NCBI GenBank assembly: GCA_038130705.1 | Contig: JAYPOA010000003.1 | Location: 1 to 62,530, forward strand | Direction: 5' to 3' | DNA from: Methanobacteriota archaeon | GTDB taxonomy: Archaea > Thermoplasmatota > Poseidoniia > Poseidoniales > Poseidoniaceae | DNA length: 62,530 bases | Notes under the pieces: generated by a model | Seen by the model: only the letters and a program-made list of their open reading frames with translations | Told to the model about the DNA's origin: nothing | Database searches by the model: none | Program-made: the position numbers and the translations under genes | Part shown: positions 1 through 9,900 of the stretch, piece by piece | Layout: every line of letters begins with the position of its first letter | Numbering within the stretch: position 1 is the stretch's first letter

Positions 1-3
1 CAT

Positions 4-735
4 GTGAATGGTTCTGATTCTATTGATTTAGAGAGTGAACCTGTGGAGTGGAAAATAAGAATCACTACTGCAGTAATCGATGAAGGTGAGGAGCCGTGGT
101 TCCCACCATCTGATGAAGTAAAAAACGCCGCTGGGGTATTCTATTGGTTAATGGGAGGAATAATGATTATTCCATTCATATTTTTCTTAATACAGATACA
201 GAGGGATAAACAATTTGCTGAAGAGTTTGCGAGCAAGAAAAATCGCTTGCAGTGGTTAAGTGAAAGATTAGACAAGGGTGAAGATATTGGTGCTGACCTG
301 TCTAGGGCTCTCAGAACAATGTCATCTCTTGAATGGGAAGACTCTATCAGGACTTGGGGAGACCCTGAATTGAGGCACATTACAAACGGTATAGACCTCG
401 CATTATGGACATTGGACAGAAGGCTTTCAGATTCCGACGGAGTACCAATTTTGGTAGGAATAATGGCAATCGAAAACGAATGGAGTGTAGCAGCAATAAG
501 ATTTGAAGCACCCGAGGGTGAAGCATGGTCTGTGACTTCTGTGGAGCCAAAACTATTGTTCCGAAATGATGAGGTTTTCCTTGACACGATTGCTGCTGGG
601 TCAAGAATTTTCATAAAACTCGATCTTAAAGGAAATGCATCATCATTAGATGTCCATGTTTCAGGTATGATGAACTATGAACCAATAGCTGCGAAGCCAA
701 GTAATACACTAAACATTCACTACGAGGAAGAATAA
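4..735 (+). CDS. hypothetical membrane protein (may be 5'-truncated by the window edge)
   Basis: 243-aa ORF opening at GTG 4. It has one hydrophobic helix (VFYWLMGGIMIIPFIFFLIQI) and no family motif I recognise. Antisense ORFs 141..614 and 380..604 are treated as shadows. Confidence 0.45.
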   Translation: MNGSDSIDLESEPVEWKIRITTAVIDEGEEPWFPPSDEVKNAAGVFYWLMGGIMIIPFIFFLIQIQRDKQFAEEFASKKNRLQWLSERLDKGEDIGADLSRALRTMSSLEWEDSIRTWGDPELRHITNGIDLALWTLDRRLSDSDGVPILVGIMAIENEWSVAAIRFEAPEGEAWSVTSVEPKLLFRNDEVFLDTIAAGSRIFIKLDLKGNASSLDVHVSGMMNYEPIAAKPSNTLNIHYEEE

Positions 736-1860
736 TCAGTTTCTTCTCTCCTCTGCGTCGTCAATTATCTTGTCGATGATGTCACTTTTTCCATTAAGTG
801 AATCTCGGAGTTTTTCTAATTCATTCTTGGTTGACTTATCTAATTTATTTGGCATGAATAACTTGCACAAAATTACCACATCACCTCTGCCAACTCCACG
901 GCTTGAGGGCAATCCTCTTCCATAAATTGTGATAGTGTCGCCAGAATTTGTCCCACTCGGAACCTTGATTTTCAAATCTTCATCATCAATATGTGGTATA
1001 CTTATCTCAGTTCCTAAGGCAAGGTCTGCGAAACTGAGTGGTAATGACATAATAAGGTCCATTCCGTTCCTTTCGAACCATGTGTGTTCCTCAATCATTA
1101 GTTCGATAAACAAGTCTCCTGAAATTCCATTACCATTTGGTGCAGGGTGCCCCTTACCTCGCATTCTCAACCTGAGACCATCATTTGCACCCTTCGGTAT
1201 ATCGAATCTAAGGGTTTGATTATCAGTAACAACACCGTCACCTGAACATGATTTACATCTTGATTTAGCAATTTTACCTGAGCCACTACATTTGTTACAG
1301 GGCGCTATCGAGTCGGAAAGAAATGGACCAATTTGTTGTCTAACTCTCACCTGTCCGTTACCTCCACAATCACCACACGAATCCGTCACACCATCTTTTG
1401 CTCCTGTACCAGAACAATCTTTACACTCAATAGGTAAATCTGCTTCGATTTCGTCTTTACCCCCTTTGAGTACTGATTTTATGGATATTGGATGACGAAT
1501 CAAAATATCATGACCTTGCCTTTGCGAGGACCTTCGCCTTCCTCCACCAAAAATATTTGAGAAAAAATCACCACCTAAGATGTCATCGAGATTGATGTTA
1601 AATCCTTGGAAGCCTCCTGGACCAAATGGTGAACCGCCAGGACTATTGTGACCAAATCGGTCATAATTTCTACGTTTTTCAGGGTCGGACAAAACTGCAT
1701 AAGCCTCTTGAATTTCTTTGAACATTTCATCAGCATCTGGTGAATCATTTTTGTCAGGATGATACTTTCTTGCTAGAGAACGGAAAGCCTTTTTCAGTTC
1801 CGTATCATTAGCATCCTTAGAAACTCCTAATACTTCGTAGTAGTCTCTTTTATCGCTCAT
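736..1860 (-). CDS. dnaJ: molecular chaperone DnaJ (Hsp40)
   Basis: J-domain with HPD motif ([12 protein letters not shown]...ARKYHPDKN). Gly/Phe-rich linker ([14 protein letters not shown]). Four CxxCxGxG zinc-finger repeats ([32 protein letters not shown]). C-terminal substrate-binding region. Confidence 0.95.
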   Translation of the reverse strand: MSDKRDYYEVLGVSKDANDTELKKAFRSLARKYHPDKNDSPDADEMFKEIQEAYAVLSDPEKRRNYDRFGHNSPGGSPFGPGGFQGFNINLDDILGGDFFSNIFGGGRRRSSQRQGHDILIRHPISIKSVLKGGKDEIEADLPIECKDCSGTGAKDGVTDSCGDCGGNGQVRVRQQIGPFLSDSIAPCNKCSGSGKIAKSRCKSCSGDGVVTDNQTLRFDIPKGANDGLRLRMRGKGHPAPNGNGISGDLFIELMIEEHTWFERNGMDLIMSLPLSFADLALGTEISIPHIDDEDLKIKVPSGTNSGDTITIYGRGLPSSRGVGRGDVVILCKLFMPNKLDKSTKNELEKLRDSLNGKSDIIDKIIDDAEERRN

Positions 1861-1913
1861 GCATACACTTCCGATTGTTTATTGGGGAGGGTAGGGGGTT
1901 TTTCATTACAACG

Positions 1914-2858
1914 CTAAAGATTGCTTCCGCAATTTGAACAAAATCTCTCTCCAATTGGATTTGGAGTACTACAAATTTTGCAAATTGGTTGTGGCTGGAA
2001 ACTTGGATCTGATGCAACAGCTTTAGAATTCCCGCTTGAAGGCAAACCATAGGCCAGCTCTTCCATAGTGGGTTCTCTGGAAATGGATGGCTGTTGTTCT
2101 TGTTCTAAATTTATAGTCTCCATACCAGCATCTGTAAATGATTGTATTTCCATCGGTCTAGGATTTTTCCTATCTGTAGAAATTGGAGTTACAGGAGCAA
2201 TGGGTCTTTGTGCAATTACAGGAGCTTCTTGACTCCTAACTTCCAATGACTCCTTGACTTTTCCATCTCTGGCAATTTGACTGTCCTTCCCTCTCAGCCT
2301 AGATATCCAATCAAGTAGCCTATCCATGGGCGAAGGTTGTCTAACAGCACCATACGTCGCTGCCACTCCAGACTCATCAAATTGTTCATCTCCTGAAAGT
2401 CTATCTTGAGCCATCCTTACTCGGTCAGAATCAATTAACATCTCGACCTCTACCTCGCCTTGTATCTCTTGTGAGGAAACATACTTGCCACTGGTAACCG
2501 ATGAAACTTGACCTTGAAGATTAATCATAGCTTCTTCAGATAGAGAAGAATCCATTTGGACATTCTTATCCCAAACTCCACCTTCTTCTGCTTTGAAATG
2601 GTGTGAAACGGACTTCACAGCTTTCGAACGACGCCATTCATGGTCCCTGATGATTGTTGTTCTTCTGTAGAGGAATATTCCAACAAACAAACAAATTACG
2701 TGTAGCGTAATATCTAGAGTACCAGATATGTCCAACATCTTACCAAATGGGGAAACGAAAAGGCGTAATGTGTTGAGAATTAGTATGGGCATAAACAACA
2801 GGACTACACCAGTATATTGTCTTGCCATATCAAATCGATGACTTGCTTTACCAATCAA
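1914..2858 (-). CDS. membrane protein with C-terminal zinc-ribbon
   Basis: 314-aa ORF with two N-terminal hydrophobic helices (VVLLFMPILILNTL; LHVICLFVGIFLY), a low-complexity middle and a terminal CKICSTPNPIGERFCSNCGSNL (CxxC-x10-CxxC). Confidence 0.6.
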   Translation of the reverse strand: MIGKASHRFDMARQYTGVVLLFMPILILNTLRLFVSPFGKMLDISGTLDITLHVICLFVGIFLYRRTTIIRDHEWRRSKAVKSVSHHFKAEEGGVWDKNVQMDSSLSEEAMINLQGQVSSVTSGKYVSSQEIQGEVEVEMLIDSDRVRMAQDRLSGDEQFDESGVAATYGAVRQPSPMDRLLDWISRLRGKDSQIARDGKVKESLEVRSQEAPVIAQRPIAPVTPISTDRKNPRPMEIQSFTDAGMETINLEQEQQPSISREPTMEELAYGLPSSGNSKAVASDPSFQPQPICKICSTPNPIGERFCSNCGSNL

Positions 2859-2868
2859 GGTTTCCTAA

Positions 2869-3885
2869 TTATGTTCTATCTGATGGTGGTTTTCCTGAGC
2901 GTATTAATCCATCAAAAAGTCCGATTGTAAATGCTGTATGCAAAATAAGCAAGCACAGAGGAATACCATAAATTGAGGTGAATCTCTGAGTTTTTGTTTT
3001 TGCTCCATTGCCGTATATCAAACTAACAACAATTAGCACTCCCAAATATACTGAGGGTGCAAGCCACCATTGGTTCATTGCAAAAATTAAAATTAATCCA
3101 ACTATTGGCAATATCTCCCTTACATCAAACCTGCTTGGATGCTTTAGTAGGACTTTTGTGCGCCAAAATCCATATCGATGAGACATTTTCCACCAGTTTG
3201 TTAGGTTGGTTCTCTTGTGCATGTATACACAACTCACATCAGAACGCCACAAATCCCATCCCTTGGATATCATTCTCATTGACAAATCACTATCTTGGCT
3301 TGTAATGAAACGATTATCCCAACCATTAACATCTCGTAGAGCCTTTACATTATGTAAACAAAACGCCGGTACTTTGGTCCTTTGCCTCCCTTTGAATTTG
3401 TTAAATTGCCCACCGCCGGAACCGATTGGTGAGGATAAAGCACCCTCAATCCAATACTCTACATTGGTTACAGGAATAACAGATTCAGTTCTACAACCTA
3501 TAGCCCCTACTTCATAACCCAGTTCCTTTTCTAGTTCCATTAAGTCTTGAACTCTTAATTCTACATGGTCTGATGAGATATATGAATGGCCTATTATTTC
3601 TAAGAGATGAGTTACATCTTTTGAAATATGTTCCAAAGCAAGATTTCGTGCTTGTGCAACCCTTTTCTCTACATTGTGTAGGATTTTGATTTTATCATCA
3701 TATTCCTGTAAGATTTTGAGTGTATGATCTGTAGAACCTCCATCCACTATTATTATGTCAATCGGTACTGTTTGAGAAAGGAGACTTTCGACACACTTCG
3801 CAATGTGTTTCTCCTCATTGAGCACGGGAACAACTGCACAAACCCGTATCTCCATATCACGACCGATTTCAAATTGATTTGTCAA
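2869..3885 (-). CDS. family-2 glycosyltransferase with C-terminal membrane helices
   Basis: GT2 signature VVPVLNEEKHIAKCVESLLSQT...IIIVDGGSTDHT, an acidic QDSDL motif, and C-terminal TM helices. A more likely start is the ATG at about 3855 (MEIRVCAVVPV), which removes the overlap with the divergent gene. Confidence 0.85.
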   Translation of the reverse strand: MTNQFEIGRDMEIRVCAVVPVLNEEKHIAKCVESLLSQTVPIDIIIVDGGSTDHTLKILQEYDDKIKILHNVEKRVAQARNLALEHISKDVTHLLEIIGHSYISSDHVELRVQDLMELEKELGYEVGAIGCRTESVIPVTNVEYWIEGALSSPIGSGGGQFNKFKGRQRTKVPAFCLHNVKALRDVNGWDNRFITSQDSDLSMRMISKGWDLWRSDVSCVYMHKRTNLTNWWKMSHRYGFWRTKVLLKHPSRFDVREILPIVGLILIFAMNQWWLAPSVYLGVLIVVSLIYGNGAKTKTQRFTSIYGIPLCLLILHTAFTIGLFDGLIRSGKPPSDRT

Positions 3886-3929
3886 ATTTACCTGTTAAGT
3901 TAATTTCATATGGTGGTTTGAGCCACTAC

Positions 3930-4436
3930 ATGGAGAGATTGAGACTATCTGGAATTGGTGAAGGTCTTTCTACGATTGTGTCATCAAAACTGACGGGAGC
4001 GGACATTCCAGAGCGTGTCTTTGAATCTGTTCAGAATATATTTCCAGATTTCACCTGTGGCCTACCTGCCTCCCCTAAGTTCCCTACAACTCAATCTGAT
4101 TCAATCGCTTGTGAGAATGTATCATTAGAGAATTTCATTACTTTATTGCACAAGCAATCGATTTTGGATACTGCGCTTGATTGCATGTCAAAAAAATTGG
4201 GACCAGAAGGCACGACTTTTGCGATTTCACGTCAGGCTGCTCTTGTTGGGAAGGTTTCTTTTCCACTTCCAAATGAGTCACCACTTGGGGGAGAAATAAT
4301 CATTCAATTAATTGGTAACGATGTTAAGGATTGGTTAGAAGCAGCCACATGGCACGAAGGAAGAGACAATGTTCCAAGGAGAGTTGGAGATGACCTATCT
4401 ATGGATGCTAATGCTGATTCGGTAACATGGCACTGA
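3930..4436 (+). CDS. UPF0201/DUF54-type putative RNA-binding protein
   Basis: FAISRQAALVGKVSFPLPNESPLGGEI...DWLEAAT matches the conserved HKQAAxVGxxSF...ESPLGxI...DWLAP core of archaeal UPF0201 proteins as I remember it. Start placed at internal ATG 3930, because the longest ORF (3879) overlaps the GT2 start. The 3' end overlaps the convergent Nudix gene by 29 nt. Confidence 0.55.
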   Translation: MERLRLSGIGEGLSTIVSSKLTGADIPERVFESVQNIFPDFTCGLPASPKFPTTQSDSIACENVSLENFITLLHKQSILDTALDCMSKKLGPEGTTFAISRQAALVGKVSFPLPNESPLGGEIIIQLIGNDVKDWLEAATWHEGRDNVPRRVGDDLSMDANADSVTWH

Positions 4437-5346
4437 TAGCCTCAGCGATTTCTTTATCAGGGCCCAGCCAATTTACCTGATTAGATTTTTCACACCATTT
4501 AATTTCGTCATGTACGGATAATTTCAATTCCCCAGATACAATCTTACAAATCATTACGTGAAGACGTACCACCACATCATCATGGTCAAAAATCCATTTT
4601 CCTACATCCTCATGTACTGTGACATCTAATTCTAATTCCTCTTTGATTTCACGAATCAGGCATTCTTCAGCAGTCTCTCCTTGCTCAAACTTCCCTCCAG
4701 GGAATTCCCACCAACCTGCGTGTTTCTCTGATGGAGCTCTTCTTGCAGCGAGGAATTTTCCGTTTGAGATAATTGCTCCAGCGCCAACGTCTATACATGG
4801 TGGTCGTAACATTCTATCCAGACATTGTATTACGAGGCCTTCAGCATCACTTTGATTCAATGGAAGATGTAGAAAACAACAGGGGATTTGTCGTTCATTT
4901 GCCTCTAATGTGCGATATAGCGTCTCATTACAAATATAACTTCCAGCATCATCACTGATAACTGGACGGTCAATCATCGATTCTACATCCCAATCTTCGA
5001 TATTTATTGTAGAAAATATATCACCATTCCCAGAGATTGTTGTATTTTTCACCAAACGGCCTGAATTATCAGCTATCGAAAAATCAAGGACATCCCTTGC
5101 TTTAATCTCAATTCTAGGTTGAGTTGCTTTCTCGGCCAATCCAAGATGTAGAACAGCAGAATAATCGGCATCATTGATTAGATTAGATACAGTGTTCGCA
5201 CCTTTCTCATCTACTGTCAGAATCTTTGTGATTATTGTATGTCCTCTTACACTTTTGCCATTTATGCTTCGAGCAATAATTTCTGAGATATTCGATTCAT
5301 GCAATCCAAATGGTTCAAATCCGGTTACAAGGACCTGTGGTTGCAT
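4408..5346 (-). CDS. fusion protein: pyroglutamyl-peptidase I (Pcp) domain + MutT/Nudix hydrolase domain
   Basis: Pcp motifs: VLVTGFEPFG, PRIEIKARD (Glu), DAGSYICNETLY (Cys), CCFLHLP (His). Nudix box: GGKFEQGETAEECLIREIKEELELDV, preceded by AARRAPSEKHAGWWEFPGG. Start set at ATG 5346 (MQPQVLVTG). The 87 extra codons of the longest ORF (to 5607) overlap the divergent ORF 5420..5746. Confidence 0.8.
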   Translation of the reverse strand: MQPQVLVTGFEPFGLHESNISEIIARSINGKSVRGHTIITKILTVDEKGANTVSNLINDADYSAVLHLGLAEKATQPRIEIKARDVLDFSIADNSGRLVKNTTISGNGDIFSTINIEDWDVESMIDRPVISDDAGSYICNETLYRTLEANERQIPCCFLHLPLNQSDAEGLVIQCLDRMLRPPCIDVGAGAIISNGKFLAARRAPSEKHAGWWEFPGGKFEQGETAEECLIREIKEELELDVTVHEDVGKWIFDHDDVVVRLHVMICKIVSGELKLSVHDEIKWCEKSNQVNWLGPDKEIAEAISAMLPNQH

Positions 5347-5419
5347 ATCATCGTCCAAAAGTAATACCTCAATCAAAATTTTGTCGTCAGGTTGACAAAT
5401 GGTAACATACACGGGTTGA

Positions 5420-5746
5420 TTGATGGATATCGAGGATGATGAAATCGAGATTGTGGTTTCCTCCGATAAACCAGTTGATTCCGTCGCTATTGGGAAAACA
5501 ATTTGGAATGAAATTACTGGTGGAGTTGGAATTTGGGGCACATTTCGTCCAATTATAGCAGTAACCCTTTCATTAATTCCGTTCCTCTTCCTTGGGCAGC
5601 ACTTCAACAGAAATCATCAAAGAGGGTTTGATTATTTTCTTCTACAAATCCCGTTAGCTTTCACATTAATATTGTGGGTAGGACTTTACATTTGGTCAAT
5701 TTTCGATGCTTGGAGAGAAGCAAGCATAATTGTTTCAGAAGCTTAA
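5420..5746 (+). CDS. small two-TM membrane protein
   Basis: 108-aa ORF with an acidic N-terminus and two hydrophobic helices (IIAVTLSLIPFLFLG; IPLAFTLILWVGLYIWSIF). Sits divergent from the Pcp-Nudix gene with a spacer of about 73 nt once that gene starts at 5346. Confidence 0.5.
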   Translation: MMDIEDDEIEIVVSSDKPVDSVAIGKTIWNEITGGVGIWGTFRPIIAVTLSLIPFLFLGQHFNRNHQRGFDYFLLQIPLAFTLILWVGLYIWSIFDAWREASIIVSEA

Positions 5747-6501
5747 GTCCAGATTTGATTATTGGTTTTGATTTCACCACTCGCCATTCCTGCTAAATCT
5801 GATTTATCATCAGCATCAAATTCATCAGGCAGGCTACCTGAGATGAAATTTCCAACATTGTTGGATTCGATAGCCCAGTACATAACTGAATCTTCATTAC
5901 TCGAATGGCCTTTGTGGTCTGGGTCCTCATGATCAATCGGTGAGGTATAGACAAGATTCACCAAACCAAGTAAGTGTCCTGCTTCATGGACAGTTACCGC
6001 TCTTTCTACTTCCTCGGCAGAGGGTCTTCCAAGGAATCCTTCTGATTCATCTACTGAATCCTTGAATATCGCTATTGTTGATGCATCTACAGCAACACCA
6101 AGAACTGAATCATCTGTATATGTCCCTTTAGGAAAGAGAAAATACCAATGCAGGGTGTCATCATCCATTGCATCACCACCCAAGTCCCATCTTTCATCTC
6201 TGACATTATCACTGGTCCATTTTGTGTCGAAAGAAAAATCGACAATCTTTGGTTTGATGATTATTCCTTCAGGTTTGTCACAAACTTCGTTTAATCGATT
6301 TTTCACTAAATTCATCGCAATTGGTTCATAATTATCTTCATACAAGAAGTGTATTTCCATTTTTTTGAATTGACTATCTTGCAAACAAGCAAGTGTGAGG
6401 CCTCCGGGTATACCCCTCTCCTCGGGGAATAAATCATCTTCACCGAAACATCCACTCAATCCGTATGTAAGTAAGATGAATGCCATGAATAACCAGCGCA
6501 T
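5743..6501 (-). CDS. secreted lipoprotein-type zinc metalloprotease (metzincin-like)
   Basis: Signal peptide with lipobox-like LSGC (MRWLFMAFILLTYGLSGCFG). Zinc site VHEAGHLLGL, followed by His-rich DHEDPDHKGH and a Met-turn-like SVMYW. Confidence 0.65.
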   Translation of the reverse strand: MRWLFMAFILLTYGLSGCFGEDDLFPEERGIPGGLTLACLQDSQFKKMEIHFLYEDNYEPIAMNLVKNRLNEVCDKPEGIIIKPKIVDFSFDTKWTSDNVRDERWDLGGDAMDDDTLHWYFLFPKGTYTDDSVLGVAVDASTIAIFKDSVDESEGFLGRPSAEEVERAVTVHEAGHLLGLVNLVYTSPIDHEDPDHKGHSSNEDSVMYWAIESNNVGNFISGSLPDEFDADDKSDLAGMASGEIKTNNQIWT

Positions 6502-6509
6502 AATTTCAC

Positions 6510-6932
6510 CTAAAATTCGTCGGGTATATTTGTTGGACTAAACAGTTGCCCAGGCCCAGTAGCTTGCGCTAATTGTGTCCTCACAAGATGCTCCCATGCA
6601 CGCATTACACCCAAGGCGTCGCTTACAAGCATTTGTTCTTCTTCTAGAGTTACACGAATTAATGTGTCTAGAATATCCATTCTGTCTTTATCTGTAAGCG
6701 ATAACGCTTTTTCCAAATCGAAACTGTTCTCACTTTGTGATATCTCTACATCGATTTCCCATTGTTTAGCCAAGTTATCTGGGATTGAATCTGCATGCTC
6801 CTTCAGTTGCGAAAATAATCGATTTGTCCACCTAGAAATCACCATGCTTGATTCTATAATCGGCATATTCAGTTGTTTGATTAAATTGACAAGACGCTCT
6901 TGCAGAACAACCATTGAGTCAGTACCTGTCAC
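6510..6932 (-). CDS. hypothetical soluble protein (no signal peptide)
   Basis: 140-aa ORF with helical-looking composition, wedged 17 nt after the 1,788-aa gene and 8 nt before the metalloprotease gene on the same strand. Confidence 0.5.
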   Translation of the reverse strand: MTGTDSMVVLQERLVNLIKQLNMPIIESSMVISRWTNRLFSQLKEHADSIPDNLAKQWEIDVEISQSENSFDLEKALSLTDKDRMDILDTLIRVTLEEEQMLVSDALGVMRAWEHLVRTQLAQATGPGQLFSPTNIPDEF

Positions 6933-6949
6933 GGCTAATCAACTCTGAA

Positions 6950-9900
6950 TTACTTAGACTGCATTTCCATGTACTGATGGCCGTAAGCAGCCCATTGTTC
7001 CATGGTCCAACCCTCGGGTAATCCTGTTGAAGGCAACGGAGGGGTTGGTGGTGCTGTTGGCGCAGGGGCTACAGGAGCTGATTGAACCACTGGAGCTACT
7101 GCTGGTGAACTACCTTGCAGTCCTTCAATTGATGGTACTTCTTTTCCATCAAGAGACTCTATCACCTCTTCAGTATGGTCTGTTTCATCAACTTCATCTC
7201 CTCTCCTTATCCTTCGAATTTGAACCATAGTCCAAACTGCATATGACATTGCACAGAGGGCAATTAAGTACATTATTACCGATAATTGTGAATTCGCAAC
7301 TTGATTGGCTAAAGCAGTGCCGTCTCTCTGAACCTCTTCTTTAATCAGTAAAGGAGCGATAGATATGCGCTCCTTTTCTACACCGGAATCCAATAGAAGT
7401 AGGCGGTATTCAATAGTCTCTCCAACTGAAAATTCTGCAATTGTTTCAAGTTTCAACTGAGCCTTCGAACCAGATGAAATTTGGATCTCTTTACTGTCGA
7501 CGGTTTTCCAGTTCTGATCTCCAACTAATTCCTGCAGAACAAAGGTGACATTTCCTGATGCGCCATTGTTCTTTGTTTCAATAGATAGGGAAACTGATTC
7601 ACCAGGGTTAGGTGTTGGATTTGACCACGTCCAGAAAGTTTCTGCTGAACGGAGACTTATGTCTGGTCCAGTAAGTGTTAATCCCCATGATGCAAGTGGG
7701 TTATCGATGTTATTATTTTCACTATTAAATGGGTTACCTGAAGCATCTGATCCAGTTACCCAAACGTCGATATTGTATGATGGGAGTAGTTGTGTAGCGC
7801 CCTTGTCCGTAAGATCTATCAATCCTGTCCAGAAGTATTGATCTTCGAATGGCGTAGTGTCTGGGAGTGGTGCGGAACCTCGACTAATCTCTGCTTCTCC
7901 AGCACGAACGAGATAGTGTAAAACTGCAGGATTATCATCCGAGAATCCTTGATCATCTCTTGTTTCAAGCATTACTTGTAATTCATTAGCAACTGAAATC
8001 GAAATGTCCTGACCGGGTTCTAAACCAGCTAACGTAATCGCATTTATTGATGGTCTATCGCCATCTACTGCTAAACGTAATCTTGGTTTGTATTCGGATT
8101 GGTCTTCAGCAATTCCAGGTAAATCAGTTAGTTTAGCCTGCAAGTCTAAATGACCGCTTCTAACATACGGAACAAGTAAATCGATAGAGAAATATCCACC
8201 CTCACGACTTGTTGTGGTCCACTCATGTTCGTAATCACCAAGAGAAATAGTGAATGCACCGGATGGCGCAGGCATCTCATCCTCCGAGAATAGCACTCTT
8301 CCACTAAATCTCAATGCTTGACCAGCACCTATCAAAGTCTCATCAAATTCTGGATTGTAGTGGTTAGTCCCATCTCTCAACTCGACGGCAAGAATATGAC
8401 CAGGTTGCGTATCAAACCTCAGATCATTATCTAAACTCCAGAGGTCATTACCTAATCCTGCTTTGTGGATATTACACGGAATAGATTCATCTAATCCACA
8501 CGATTTATCCTCAATCCAAACCTTTGGTATGAATGTTGAAAGACCATCTGTGTCCCAAACTTCTGGGAAATCCCATGTTAACTGGAATCTTATCGATAGA
8601 ATCATTCTCGATTCATTTGTAGGATCTAGTAGAATTCCAGAATATAGATTTGAAACTGCAAGACCTGGACCACCACTTTCAAGGTGGAGATTAGGCATAC
8701 CATCTTCGTCCTTCGAAATATGTCCAAATATAGATGTCTCGTCATCATCATAATCCTCTGCCAATGCTAATTGGAAATAATTTACATCCCACCAACCATT
8801 GATGTCAGATACCATGATTGTTGCTGTGTAGGCAATACCCGGGTGGAGTGGTTCTTTGTCATCGTGACCTAATATGGTAGAATTATCAATATCCATATCT
8901 GGTTCGAATTCTTCTCTTATCTCATACCACGATAAGGATGCGTCCCAATCAGGGGCAACATCTCCAGGTCTTTGACCACACAATTCAAAGCCTGTTATAT
9001 CACAAACTGGTCCACCACCCATCGCTATAACATTCCCTTGACCATCTTGTCCTGATACATAGAATGCAACCTTATCCTTATGATATAGCATAGAATCATC
9101 AATTAAGCTGTTGAATACATTCATACCACCCGGTCTAATCTCAGGAGTTGTCATAATCTTAGTTCTGTATTCAATAGGTTCTGGAAGGCCATTGAAATTG
9201 GAGTCGTCGCATTTTTCGTGCTCCCCAGCTTCACAACCAATCCAATAGTGCAATTCAACTGTTTGCGGAGGGTCAACTGAATCTTGAATTATAACTTCAA
9301 CGGCTTGTCCACCTGGTGATGGTGGACCCTTATGCATCTCAGATTCCTTTAATGGAGTTGCTGAAATGACCAGTGGCGCATTACCATCAAAGATTAATTT
9401 GATTGAGTTATATCCGGGATTGACGTAATCGGAACCATTGGTCATATTTACCGCCGAGACATATAAAACCATGCCACCAGGAGCAGATTCAGTTGGCGAC
9501 ATAAAGGTCAAATTGTATTGACCAAAACCTGGATTTGATTCAGTGTGTAATAACATTGGATCGCCGATTGGATCGCCATCATAAGTTACATTTTGGCCAA
9601 TTACCTGTAATTCAAACTCTCCTGCTAGTGGGAATAATGCAGAATTTTCGAAATTTATACCTCCGAGAATTGTGAGATTGTATCCACCTCTGACCCAGTC
9701 ACCTGAGTATAGTTGTCTTCCAGTTTCTTCCCAAACTCTCATCCCATTCAGTTGTATGTCGTTTTCTACATTTAGTGAAAGAGTGTCAGTGGTCCAAGAT
9801 TGGATTTGCGGTCCAAGGTCGTCGCTAACCGATACCACTGCTTCCATTTTCCTTTCGTCGTCCCATGACCAATCTACTCTGAGGGGTATAACTACAGATA

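Noticed and set aside
736-1860. dnaJ without adjacent dnaK or grpE.
   Set aside because: The upstream neighbour is clearly not dnaK, but dnaK and grpE may lie elsewhere or beyond the window edge. This is not informative on its own.
1861-1913. G-rich run GGGGAGGGTAGGGGG in the spacer upstream of dnaJ as a possible G-quadruplex.
   Set aside because: There are only three G-tracts. On the transcribed strand it is C-rich. Evidence is insufficient.
5347-5607. 87-codon N-terminal extension of the 399-aa ORF (MKCCPRKRNG...).
   Set aside because: It overlaps the divergent 108-aa membrane ORF. It has no similarity to the Pcp N-terminus, which begins right at the internal ATG (MQPQVLVTGFEPFG). It is most likely non-coding or promoter sequence.
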